Positions 20,822 through 29,936 of a DNA stretch of 64,000 bases are shown one piece after another. Positions within the stretch are counted from its first letter, which is position 1, and each line of letters opens with the position of its first letter. Where the stretch lies: the NCBI GenBank assembly GCA_037308085.1, contig CP147779.1, forward strand, positions 1,728,001 to 1,792,000, given 5' to 3'. The notes below the pieces were generated by a model that did no database searches, had not been told where the DNA came from, and saw only the letters and a list, made by a program, of their open reading frames with translations. The translations under genes and the position numbers were made by a program. Source of the stretch: Promethearchaeati archaeon SRVP18_Atabeyarchaeia-1. GTDB taxonomy: Archaea > Asgardarchaeota > Atabeyarchaeia > Atabeyarchaeales > Atabeyarchaeaceae.

Positions 20822-21160
20822 ATGGAGCAACTCTCAACGGCATTAAGGGAAACCACTCTGCAGGTGCCGAATCGGAAAATCGAGAACCTCTTGAGGGTAA
20901 CATTCTCGCCCAAGAGGGAAGAGATATGCAAGGAGTGTTCGCTTCGCCCTGCGTACTGCTTGGGAAGCATGGCTGAGTTTCATAGGTGCAGATACGCACT
21001 GAGGATAAGAGGAGATAGGGTAATCTTCCCGTCAGACGTCGGTTCTCAGGGGAAAGAGGATAAGGCCAAGGCGCTAACAAGCGGGATCGAAGACCTAATA
21101 ATAAAAACACTGCGTAGGGTCCGCGTCCTGACTGCGCCTTACGAGAGGGTGCCCTCGTGA
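20822..21160 (+). CDS. Hypothetical protein
   Basis: 112-aa ORF with CKEC..C..C; GGAG upstream. Confidence 0.55.
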   Translation: MEQLSTALRETTLQVPNRKIENLLRVTFSPKREEICKECSLRPAYCLGSMAEFHRCRYALRIRGDRVIFPSDVGSQGKEDKAKALTSGIEDLIIKTLRRVRVLTAPYERVPS

Positions 21161-21232
21161 AGACGAGTTGAAATGCCCTATCTAGATGGCTCAGACTTCC
21201 TTGCCGGCATGAACTAGATGGAGCTCTGCAGG
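21159..21232 (+). pseudogene. Decayed copy of the 3' end of methyltransferase 19684..20637
   Basis: Collinear blocks GAAGAC, GAAATG, GATGG, GACTTC, CCGGCA and GGAGCTCT..AGG match parent 20446..20583 with deletions. Confidence 0.55.
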
Positions 21233-21306
21233 CCAAGAGGCTTGGTGCTAAATGATTTTTGACAATGTCGCGTTAGAGGCCTTCACCATCTCGAGTGGTT
21301 GAGCCT

Positions 21307-21358
21307 TTACCAAATCGACCCAGAAAGCCCACACCCTTCAAGGGGTTGGTAGCTCACC
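21307..21358 (+). repeat. IS200/IS605 right-end-like repeat
   Basis: TTACCAAATCGACCCAGAAAGCCCACACCCTTCAAGGGGTTGGTAGCTCACC; closely similar copy at 63255. Confidence 0.75.
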
Positions 21359-21470
21359 CTAGATCTCTCGAACTTCGGGTCACCCCGCGAAAGAAGGCAG
21401 CCTCGGAAAGGTAATAAGAAGGGCATTACCCACTTTAATTTGGGAATATGCTCTTTGAGGGAAACGGGTC

Positions 21471-21806
21471 ATGGGGGACGTTGCACCAACAACTAGGTAT
21501 GGAGCTACCCTGACCCTCATCGGCGGTCTCTTGTTGCTGATATTTGGCAACCCTGCGTTACCTGAGGGCATGTTGTTTATACCATACATGACTTACATGA
21601 ATCTGGCTACTCCTGTAGGACAGCTATCGGTTGTCTGCGGAATCTCGATTCTCATCTTTGATTACCTTATGTTTCGCGGGCGCAAGTGGAGTGGCATGGT
21701 AATCGCAATTCTAGCGGGTCTGAGCATCGTAGTGGGTTTGGATCGTTACTACGTCGGATCGATAATGGCATTCATTGGCGGGCTAGTTGGATACTTTGGT
21801 AGATAG
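21471..21806 (+). CDS. Small membrane protein
   Basis: About four Gly-rich TM segments; T-rich tract after the stop. Confidence 0.75.
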   Translation: MGDVAPTTRYGATLTLIGGLLLLIFGNPALPEGMLFIPYMTYMNLATPVGQLSVVCGISILIFDYLMFRGRKWSGMVIAILAGLSIVVGLDRYYVGSIMAFIGGLVGYFGR

Positions 21807-22064
21807 CAGGCGTGAAGGCGTGCATTAACTCGCTTTTTGTTGTTTTTTTGGAGACTTCCTTTCTGATCCTATCAAGTCTGATGCCTCTAGTGAGGTTGAG
21901 GAACGCATACGTTCGCGGTCAGCATTGAAGTCTTTTGAGCTACTCTGCCGGCAGTGGGATCTCGACGAGAAGCCTGCCTCACCATGGCTTCTGCAGTAAT
22001 CATTATGTCAAAGAGCTAATATCTCCATGAAGGTATCTTCAAAGGGTACGGGATGGTGTGTTGG

Positions 22065-23144
22065 ATGGCAAAGAAAGTTGTTGCCATGGGCGGCGACGGT
22101 GTGGGACCGGAGGTAGTCAACGCGGCATGCACTATTCTTGAGAGCATGGGGCTTGATATAGAGATAACAAAAGCGCCATGTGGTGAGGCTGCGATCAAAT
22201 CCCATGGCACGCCACTGCCAGATGAAACGAAGCAACTCTGCGACACAGCAGATGCCATCCTCTTCGGAGCGGTAGGCGACAAGAGCACGCAAATCATAAC
22301 CTACCTGCGCTGGGTTCTCGACACGTACGCAAACATCAGGCCAGTCAAGTACTATGGGGGGGTCCGCTCGCCCCTCAGGGAGCCATCCGGCATAGACTTC
22401 GTCATAGTCAGAGAGAACAGCGAAGGACTCTATCCAGCCAGGGAAGGAGACCTCTCAATGCTCGCGCGGCAGCTTCCAGACTACAGGGACCTCTTAGGGA
22501 GATCCTTCATGCAGTTTGGCAAAGGCAAATTCGCGATACGAGTAATCACAGAGAAGGGGACAAGTAGAATAGCGAAATTCGCCTGCGAATACGCAAGAAG
22601 GAGGAGGAATCTAGGATTTCCCGGAAAACTGACATGCGTTACAAAGTCGAATCTGCTGGTCCAGAGTTGCGGCCTTTTCAGGAAGACAGTTGAAGACGAG
22701 GTAAGGAAGTACGATGATCTTGTGTACGAACACTACTATGTTGACGATGCCGCAAGAAGGATAATCCGATATCCCAAGGAGATGGATGTGATCGTGACAT
22801 CCAACATGTTCGGTGACATACTGTCAGATCTTGCTGCGGAAGTCGTTGGCGGTCTAGGTCTGGCTCCTAGCGCATGCGTCGGAAACAAACATGCCTACTT
22901 CGAACCTGTCCACGGTTCAGCGCCAAAATACGCTGGAAAGAACATGGTGAACCCTACTGCCACCATCCTCTCGGCGAAAATGATGCTCGAACACCTTGGA
23001 ATGCAGCGACCGGCTTTCGATTTGGAGAAGGCAGTTCAAGAAATCTACAAGAAAGGGGAAACCCTAACGTATGACCAAGGCGGAAATGCCAGCACTATGG
23101 ACTTCGCAGAGGCAGTTCTGAGGAAGCTCAATGAGCAGAAATAG
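22065..23144 (+). CDS. Isocitrate/isopropylmalate dehydrogenase family
   Basis: GDGVGPEV, RENSEG, NMFGDILSD and EPVHGSAP motifs. Confidence 0.95.
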   Translation: MAKKVVAMGGDGVGPEVVNAACTILESMGLDIEITKAPCGEAAIKSHGTPLPDETKQLCDTADAILFGAVGDKSTQIITYLRWVLDTYANIRPVKYYGGVRSPLREPSGIDFVIVRENSEGLYPAREGDLSMLARQLPDYRDLLGRSFMQFGKGKFAIRVITEKGTSRIAKFACEYARRRRNLGFPGKLTCVTKSNLLVQSCGLFRKTVEDEVRKYDDLVYEHYYVDDAARRIIRYPKEMDVIVTSNMFGDILSDLAAEVVGGLGLAPSACVGNKHAYFEPVHGSAPKYAGKNMVNPTATILSAKMMLEHLGMQRPAFDLEKAVQEIYKKGETLTYDQGGNASTMDFAEAVLRKLNEQK

Positions 23145-23193
23145 AATATTGCTGCAGAACTGGCTGCGACTACGGTATGCAGAGGTGGACAGC

Positions 23194-23697
23194 ATGAAAT
23201 CGGCAATTGCTATCCGAGGCTACGAGAGTGGCGACAGAGACCGGTGCCGAGCGTTGTGGAAGGAACTTACCGATAGGCATCGTGAGATCTATCATGATCC
23301 AGGTATTGGTGGAGAGCATCCCGAAGACTTTTTTGACAAGCACTTGGCACAGGTCGGGTCAGGGCAACTGTGGGTTGCCGTTAGTGGCTCAACAGTCATT
23401 GGACTCGTAGGCCTAATCTTTAAGGAAAAAGAGGCGCAGATCGAGCCGCTGATAGTGGCAAAGAGTTCCCGTGGAAGAGGCGTAGGAAAGCAACTTATCG
23501 AGAAAGCTATTTCCGAGGCAAAGAGCAAAGGCGTGTCGCTGCTGACTGTAAGCCCCGTCGCGCGGAACGTTGAGGCGGTAAGGCTCTTCTACAAGATGGG
23601 TTTCCACAACCTCGGCTTTTTAGAGATGTTCATCGACTTTTCCGGTCGGTCTTGGAAACTGGGTCCCAATGTATTAGGATGCAAATTCAATTACTAG
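23194..23697 (+). CDS. GNAT N-acetyltransferase
   Basis: SRGRGVGKQL and N..A..LFYKMGF motifs. Confidence 0.9.
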   Translation: MKSAIAIRGYESGDRDRCRALWKELTDRHREIYHDPGIGGEHPEDFFDKHLAQVGSGQLWVAVSGSTVIGLVGLIFKEKEAQIEPLIVAKSSRGRGVGKQLIEKAISEAKSKGVSLLTVSPVARNVEAVRLFYKMGFHNLGFLEMFIDFSGRSWKLGPNVLGCKFNY

Positions 23698-23790
23698 GAC
23701 TCCAGTATCGGAAGGCCAGCTTCCAGCATGAGATAGGCAATTCGCAACGAGGAGACCTGTTGCGGCCAGCCCGACCTGCAATCACAGACA
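23698..23790 (+). pseudogene. Possible decayed 3' scar of the dehydrogenase 22065..23144
   Basis: GAC..CGGAA.GCCAGC...AGGCAATTC versus parent GAC..CGGAAATGCCAGC...AGGCAGTTC. Confidence 0.35.
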
Positions 23791-23839
23791 CACTAAAATA
23801 GGGAAAGAAGGGAGATCTTGAACTCGTTTTCTCACTGTC

Positions 23840-24757
23840 TTAGCTCTTCACCGCAAGGATGTCTGCGTGCGATATTTTCACCTTAAGGTTGTTCTTGTTC
23901 TCCCTTGCGAAGTCAATGACTCCCTTCAATTTTCTCTGCTGCCCCTTGTCCTTTACGGCTTCTGATTCGCTTTCGAGTGAGCTTTGGATTAGATCCTTGG
24001 AGTACTCCTCATGCTTGACCACTTTAGCTTCACTGAATCCAGCGGATCTGATCTTGCTTAGATACTCTTCGAGTTCTATTGCTCCACCAATGCAGCTCGC
24101 CCAAAGTGATAGGTCTTTCTTTACTACGTCGGGTATCCCGGAAGCCATCATGTCTGAAACCTGCATTCTTCCTCCTTTCTTGAGGACTCTGTAGGCTTCC
24201 TTGAACACCTGATCCTTCTCTGGAGATAGGTTGATGACGCAGTTGCTGATTATAACGTCCACACTCTCATCAGGAACAGGGAGGTGTTCTATCTCACCCA
24301 ACCTGAACTCAACGTTCTTCAAACCGCTCTTCCGCGCATTCTTTCTTGCTGCGTCGAGCATCTCAGGAGTCATATCCACGCCGATCGCTTTGCCACTGGG
24401 ACCGACTCTCCTGGCCGCTAGAAGGACATCGATGCCTCCTCCTGACCCCAAGTCCAAAACGACCTCACCGGACTTGAGTTCCGCTATTGCTGTCGGGTTG
24501 CCACAACCTGCAGAAACACTTACTGCCGAATCAGGCAATGAACTAAGCTCCTCGTCTGCATATCCTGCCTCTGAGGTGACAGAACCAGACTGGGGGCAAC
24601 AGCTTTCGCCAGAGAGCTTGGCCCGTTGAGCGTATGCCTTTCTCACACCAGTTCTCACATCTGCCTCATCCGGGTTCTTATCTCTCTCCTCGGGTGGGAC
24701 CGTTCCACCGCAACCGCATTGTTTTCTTTCATTAGATTTCATATTATCATCCTCCAT
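23840..24757 (-). CDS. arsM: Arsenite S-adenosylmethionine methyltransferase
   Basis: N-terminal CC; AGCGNP, DLGSGGGID, SNCVINL and WASCIGGA motifs. Confidence 0.9.
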   Translation of the reverse strand: MEDDNMKSNERKQCGCGGTVPPEERDKNPDEADVRTGVRKAYAQRAKLSGESCCPQSGSVTSEAGYADEELSSLPDSAVSVSAGCGNPTAIAELKSGEVVLDLGSGGGIDVLLAARRVGPSGKAIGVDMTPEMLDAARKNARKSGLKNVEFRLGEIEHLPVPDESVDVIISNCVINLSPEKDQVFKEAYRVLKKGGRMQVSDMMASGIPDVVKKDLSLWASCIGGAIELEEYLSKIRSAGFSEAKVVKHEEYSKDLIQSSLESESEAVKDKGQQRKLKGVIDFARENKNNLKVKISHADILAVKS

Positions 24758-24807
24758 ACATTTTTTTGACTTGCACTTTTGCTCTCATGTTTACTTGTCA
24801 GAGACTA

Positions 24808-25527
24808 TTAGCGGAGTCCCTGTGGTGGGGCTAACCAGCCTGGAACTGGAAGTGCCATTCCAGCCCTCCCTATTTCCTCAAGGCTCTTGACGATGTCGTC
24901 TAGCTGTCCACCTGGGATGCCTATGAGCATCTCGTCGTCTTGGTAGAGCCCATACATTCTGGCCCCTATGCAGGGTATGCCAATCTGGGGCTTCCTAGCA
25001 AGGAGTGGCGCAGCCACGCCTTCGCCGCACACTGCTGCATGACCCGTCGAGCTGAATGATATTCTCTCGCCACTGATCCACGTGATGGCGTTGAGCATAC
25101 TCATAATCTGGGCAGGTGTGCCGGTAACAATCACTACGTCCGGATCAACTTGGGCCTTTTGCAGTGGCGAAGTCATAACCGCTTCATACGTGCCCGTCTT
25201 GATCTTCGGGAGTGTTGCCACGAACTTTACAGCTCCCTCGTCTGTCCTTGAGGCGCGGAGTCTCTTGCCGCTTTTGATATCCTCGGGAAAATCCGTCATG
25301 CCTAGTACTGACGTAGCGTGTGAGCAGCCGATGCTGTCCTTGGTTCCAGCCTGAACCCCGCCATTCAGTCTGGCCAGTGCAGCAAGCTGGCAGAATGTGA
25401 AGCCAGACTTGGGTATATCGACGCCTAAGGGAATCTGTTTAACGCTCTTAAACAGACTCACTGATACAGGAGGCGTCCTCAACCTCAGGATCCTCGTCAA
25501 CTTATCACTCAAAATGCCCTTATCCAC
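24808..25527 (-). CDS. DUF169 family protein
   Basis: FCQ...AR, C, C and PCIGAR...DDE pattern. Confidence 0.8.
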   Translation of the reverse strand: MDKGILSDKLTRILRLRTPPVSVSLFKSVKQIPLGVDIPKSGFTFCQLAALARLNGGVQAGTKDSIGCSHATSVLGMTDFPEDIKSGKRLRASRTDEGAVKFVATLPKIKTGTYEAVMTSPLQKAQVDPDVVIVTGTPAQIMSMLNAITWISGERISFSSTGHAAVCGEGVAAPLLARKPQIGIPCIGARMYGLYQDDEMLIGIPGGQLDDIVKSLEEIGRAGMALPVPGWLAPPQGLR

Positions 25528-25586
25528 TTTTCATCTCTCCAAACTCATTGTTCTGGGTGTTATTCATGTGAATTCTTACGCATACC

Positions 25587-25607
25587 ATACTTTACCAAGT
25601 AAAGTAT
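25587..25607. promoter_or_regulatory. Putative HxlR-family operator in a divergent promoter
   Basis: Perfect inverted repeat ATACTTTAC-CAA-GTAAAGTAT followed by further GTAAAG half-sites. Confidence 0.65.
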
Positions 25608-25646
25608 TTAAGGTGTAAAGAGTAAAGTGATAAAGTAGGTGTAAAC

Positions 25647-26066
25647 ATGGAAAGTATTGAGGTAACAGCCTCCGAACTCGCGGAGATAGGGAAGGATACA
25701 CTTAGGCTCCTCGGCAGCCGAGGAACAATAGAGATAATCTCTATGTTTTGCTGTTCGGACAAGCGAGTGAGGTTCAATGAGCTCAGTTCACTTCTGGACC
25801 ACATCAGCACGAAGACTCTAGCTTCCAGACTCAAGATGCTTGAGAAATTCGGTATATTGAAGAGAACGGCTTACAATGAGATCCCCCCCAGAGTTGAGTA
25901 TTCCATGACGGATGAGGGTCAGAAGCTTGCTGAGGCGATAGCTCCTCTTCTAAGATGGATGATTGATTGGGAAGGTCAAGGAGAAAGACACACGGAGAAA
26001 CAGATCTCAAAAGACAAGATCCTGAAGATCCCAGCCTCTTGCGTCTGCTCAGACCCCAAGAAGTGA
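25647..26066 (+). CDS. HxlR-family winged-helix regulator with vicinal cysteines
   Basis: RFNEL...ISTKTL..RLK.LE and PPRVEYSMT motifs; CC and CVC. Confidence 0.88.
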   Translation: MESIEVTASELAEIGKDTLRLLGSRGTIEIISMFCCSDKRVRFNELSSLLDHISTKTLASRLKMLEKFGILKRTAYNEIPPRVEYSMTDEGQKLAEAIAPLLRWMIDWEGQGERHTEKQISKDKILKIPASCVCSDPKK

Positions 26067-26114
26067 CAAATCGGTTGTAAGAAAAAAGTGGGATTGCCCG
26101 GAAGAATTCCTACC

Positions 26115-26273
26115 CTAGACCGTCTTCTTCTTGGCTCCGGGCGGAGGTGGTTTGACTTCCTTCATAGGCTGGCTACAGCAGACCAAATCACATTGACTGC
26201 AGCCACACGCTTCGTCAACCATGACTACTAATCCACACTGTCCGCACTTGAACTTCTGTCCTTTCTTTGCCAC
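26115..26273 (-). CDS. 52-aa Cys-rich desulforedoxin-like protein (not in the ORF track)
   Basis: GTG start after GGAG; MAKKGQKFKCGQCGLVVMVDEACGCSQCDLVCCSQPMKEVKPPPPGAKKKTV. Confidence 0.8.
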   Translation of the reverse strand: MAKKGQKFKCGQCGLVVMVDEACGCSQCDLVCCSQPMKEVKPPPPGAKKKTV

Positions 26274-26405
26274 AAGATGAGTCTCCTAGTATTCCATGAT
26301 ATGCAGATCTAGACTCTCGCAAACATATAAACCTATTTTGCAGATGAAGAGTAAGTCTCTCAAAATCAGATCACCCGGCGGAGGAAGACTGGCTGAGGAG
26401 CTACA

Positions 26406-27137
26406 CTATCGCCGCGAGATGCGAAAGATTCTACCCCCATTAATCCAGGAGCTATCCAAGTCTAGCGTTCTGAACATCGACCATAGAGTCGCAGTATTGC
26501 TCGATATCACTGGCTTCTTCATAGCTTGCTCCAAGTAGTTGATCATGCTAATCGTTGGCAGATTTGTGCAGCTGACAAATATCGACTGTGCCTTCTCGTC
26601 ATTCACCTTTCTAACGAGTTCGACTATGTTCTGCCTCTGAATGTTACCGATATCCAGGTTCTCCTCCAAGCCTAACCCCTTAATGTTCGAGACCTCGAAT
26701 CCATTGTCTTCGAGGAATTTCTTCTCAAGGTTGTTTACCTCCGCTGTATAAGGCGTTGCCACGCAGACTCTGCTTGTGCCCATTGCTTTCAGTGCCTTAA
26801 CCACGCAGCCAGAGGTAACCACAGAAGGCAGACCAGTCTTTTCATGGATTTGGTTCGCAATCTCGACATCGTGCCCAAGCCCGCGGAAAAGGCTGCCGCT
26901 CGTGCACCCATAGGCTATGATTTCGACCGCCGCGTCAGCCAGAAGCGCAGCTGCCTCTCCAAACCCCTTCTCCATCTTCTCGAGTTCACCGACTGTGACC
27001 CTTCTCAGCCTCAGTCTGGTTGCATGCGTCGAGAACCTGTCCTTCCCTATCCAGTTGAACTCAGCTTCCATTGTTGTGTTTGATGACGGAATGATGATTC
27101 CGAGTCTTGGGATGCCAATACTACCACGTGAGAGCAT
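26406..27137 (-). CDS. Maleate cis-trans isomerase / Asp-Glu racemase family
   Basis: PSSNTTME, YGCTSGS and SCTNL motifs. Confidence 0.9.
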   Translation of the reverse strand: MLSRGSIGIPRLGIIIPSSNTTMEAEFNWIGKDRFSTHATRLRLRRVTVGELEKMEKGFGEAAALLADAAVEIIAYGCTSGSLFRGLGHDVEIANQIHEKTGLPSVVTSGCVVKALKAMGTSRVCVATPYTAEVNNLEKKFLEDNGFEVSNIKGLGLEENLDIGNIQRQNIVELVRKVNDEKAQSIFVSCTNLPTISMINYLEQAMKKPVISSNTATLWSMFRTLDLDSSWINGGRIFRISRR

Positions 27138-27217
27138 AAGAATTCAATCTCCTTCAATTCCGGCTTTCATGAAGCATTCCAGAAGAATTCACTGACTTCA
27201 TCAACAGCCAGGCGACC

Positions 27218-28447
27218 CTATTTCGGTAATCCTCTGATTTCAAATCTGCATTTTGGGCTACCTTTCGCTATGCAGTCTGTTTCCTTAACCATGTACCTTT
27301 GGCCAAAAGCCCGCTCCATCAGCGCAGCGAGTATTCCAACCACGAAGTAGCACACAGCTTTGTTCCCTCTTGGATACTCCTCTGCAAAGGCACTTCGCTC
27401 ACACGTGACTTCTCCACCATTCTCACCCAAGTCTGTGACATTGAACATGCCCCATCCCGTGATTGCCATATACTTCATGTATTCCTCGACAAGCTGTTTT
27501 CCGGTGCTCTTATATCTCTTCACGTCTTCAGCAGCGAAAAGGCTGCCAGTCCTCACAAAGACAGCCCTGACAGTTCCCTCGCCAAGCATATCAGAGGCTC
27601 GATAGGTTAGTCCGACTATGCTCTGAACATCCTTTGTTGCTACCTGAACCTCGCCATTGATGTCATGGTAGGTCAGTTTCCCCTCATCAAGCATGTTCGT
27701 GTTCTTTAATGCCTCTTTGAAATCGTTTTTCAGGGTCTGAGCCTCTCCTGGAGTGGGAGTCGTTGGTTTTGCGCTTTCCTCCAAGACCATAGCACGAACT
27801 GGTTCTGTCACATTTTCAGCCGCATCAGCCTTCTTCCAGGTGAATTCACAGAATGGATCCCCCTTAGCCATGCACTTAGTTTCCCTGACCTCAAGAGGAA
27901 CATGGAATGCTTCGTCTCCCGCAGCGATTATCTCGCCCTTGAAGTTGTCATGGAAAGTGGCGTCCTTGGGGGCGTTCTTGGGAAGAGATCCCTTGTACTC
28001 CAGTTGCCAGAAGCCCTCGATCTTCTCCGGGTCGAACTTGAATCCCTTGATCTCGCCCCATCCGATAGCAGATATCAACCAGAAATAGAATTCAAATGCA
28101 AACTGGTCTTTCAGCCCGAAATTGCGCCTACCAACCTGGACTATAGTCCGCCCAGTATCCCTGTGGAACGATGTTATTATCTTCGGTGCAAGCCTCTTCC
28201 CCAAGATTTCGTAGAGGGCAGACCAGATCCCTAACACAAATAGGGAGGGGTAAGTTATGACGTGGAAACCAGTCATTTTCTCAATGATTTTCCCATCTAT
28301 AGGCATGGTTACAAGACTCTTCATCACGCTGAATGACGTCTTCACATTCGGCATTCGCAGGCGGTCTGCGAGTTCCCTCATTGGATACTCCGTGCCGCTG
28401 GTGTTGCTCCCTGCAATGGAGGTTGTTGCATGAGTTGTCTCATCCAT
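27218..28447 (-). CDS. Tandem V4R-domain protein
   Basis: Two GWG...ETKCMAKGDPFCEF / ETDCIAKGSPKCRF units; start codon uncertain. Confidence 0.85.
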   Translation of the reverse strand: MDETTHATTSIAGSNTSGTEYPMRELADRLRMPNVKTSFSVMKSLVTMPIDGKIIEKMTGFHVITYPSLFVLGIWSALYEILGKRLAPKIITSFHRDTGRTIVQVGRRNFGLKDQFAFEFYFWLISAIGWGEIKGFKFDPEKIEGFWQLEYKGSLPKNAPKDATFHDNFKGEIIAAGDEAFHVPLEVRETKCMAKGDPFCEFTWKKADAAENVTEPVRAMVLEESAKPTTPTPGEAQTLKNDFKEALKNTNMLDEGKLTYHDINGEVQVATKDVQSIVGLTYRASDMLGEGTVRAVFVRTGSLFAAEDVKRYKSTGKQLVEEYMKYMAITGWGMFNVTDLGENGGEVTCERSAFAEEYPRGNKAVCYFVVGILAALMERAFGQRYMVKETDCIAKGSPKCRFEIRGLPK

Positions 28448-28610
28448 GGACAGAGTCGCGCCCCATGTGATTCTACACCGCTGCTGAAAAAGGTGAGTGG
28501 CCCACTTAAACCGCGGATCTGAGTACACTGGCTTGAAACTAATACAAAAGCATTATTGGGAGATCCCGCAATCCTCAAGGCAATCTAGCGAAGTTCACAA
28601 TATGCATTCC

Positions 28611-28646
28611 GAAGAAGCCCCCGCCTTTCAGGGTGGGAGAAATTGC
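28611..28646 (+). repeat. IS200/IS605-end-like palindromic repeat copy
   Basis: GAAGCCCCCGCCTTTCAGGGTGGGAG hairpin. Confidence 0.6.
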
Positions 28647-29249
28647 AGCGACATGCAAGTTGTGAGCCCTAAATACGGCACCCTCTAACATCCTTTGGCC
28701 ATACTGTTAGAACGTGCCGCCAGTTGAGGCTGATCCCAGCTACACGCCTCAGACGTGCCCCATTCTCCTACTTTCCTCAGCTCAATAGCACTCATCTGTC
28801 CACGTCCGCACCAAAGGCATCTCTGTTTTTGTCTCTCTCCTCAAAGTCTAACATTATTTGACCTTTTTTCTTCATGCTTCGCTTGACTTCTAGGTCTTTG
28901 ATCTCTGCCTTAACTGCGTCGTACCTTTTCGGGGCAACATTGATTGATTCGACGTAGATTGCCTAGTCAGCGGGGCAATCAAAGTAACATACCAAAAGAA
29001 CAGAGTGGAGCGTCCCTGCCAGACCTGGGATCACGATCATGTGCCTAGGCGCATGCAAACTAGTTTCTTGGATTCCTTGTTTGTTCTGCGATTACATGAT
29101 CAACATGTTGAGCATTCCAGAAGTTCTAGCCCACCCGTGACTATGCGCCCACATTTCGATTTCCGGGAGGCCTCTTGCCAATCTCGGAAAATCCGGTATC
29201 GGTGATAGGGTCTAACAATCTTAAATACAGAGAACGGGAATTCTTCTTT

Positions 29250-29936
29250 ATGAGACTGGCCACATTGTTCAGCGGAGGTAAGGATTCGACATATTCGACA
29301 TACAGGGCAATGGACTCAGGCAATGAGATAGTTCTCTTGGTCACTATGGTACCTAAGAGACCAGATTCTTGGATGTTCCATCATCCATGTATTGAGTTGA
29401 CTAGACTGCAGGCAGAGTCCATTGGAATTGAACAACTCACGAGGGAAACGGGGGGTGAGAAGGAAAAGGAGTTGTCGGATTTGAGAAGTGCGCTGAATGA
29501 GATTAGGAATGAGATTGATGGGATTGTAACTGGTGCCGTTGCCAGTAATTATCAGAAATCTAGAATCGACAAGATCTGCGGTGAACTGGGGTTGGTTCAT
29601 GTTGCCCCCTTATGGGGGAGAGACGAAGAAGGAATCTTGCTTGACGAGGTCAATGTTGGTCTTGAGATTATCTTCACTGGTGTATATGCAGAAGGTCTTG
29701 ATGAGAAATGGCTCGGTAGGAAAATAGATAAGGTGTGCATTGAGGATCTGAAAAAGCTGAACCGAAAGTATGGGATTCACTTAACAGGAGAGGGAGGATG
29801 CTACGAGACTCTGGTATTGGATTGCCCCCTTTTCAGAAAGAGAATTCAGATCCAAGACAGCCATAAGATCTGGGAAAGGTCAAGTGGGTATTTGCAGATT
29901 GACGAAGCCAGACTAGTAGCTAAGAGCGTGTCTTAA
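29250..29936 (+). CDS. dph6: Diphthine--ammonia ligase family ATP pyrophosphatase
   Basis: FSGGKDS, SWMFH, SNYQ and GEGG.YETLV.D.PLF motifs. Confidence 0.9.
   Translation: MRLATLFSGGKDSTYSTYRAMDSGNEIVLLVTMVPKRPDSWMFHHPCIELTRLQAESIGIEQLTRETGGEKEKELSDLRSALNEIRNEIDGIVTGAVASNYQKSRIDKICGELGLVHVAPLWGRDEEGILLDEVNVGLEIIFTGVYAEGLDEKWLGRKIDKVCIEDLKKLNRKYGIHLTGEGGCYETLVLDCPLFRKRIQIQDSHKIWERSSGYLQIDEARLVAKSVS

Noticed and set aside
28690-28965. Short minus-strand reading fragments
   Set aside because: They look like coding debris, but no parent gene could be identified.
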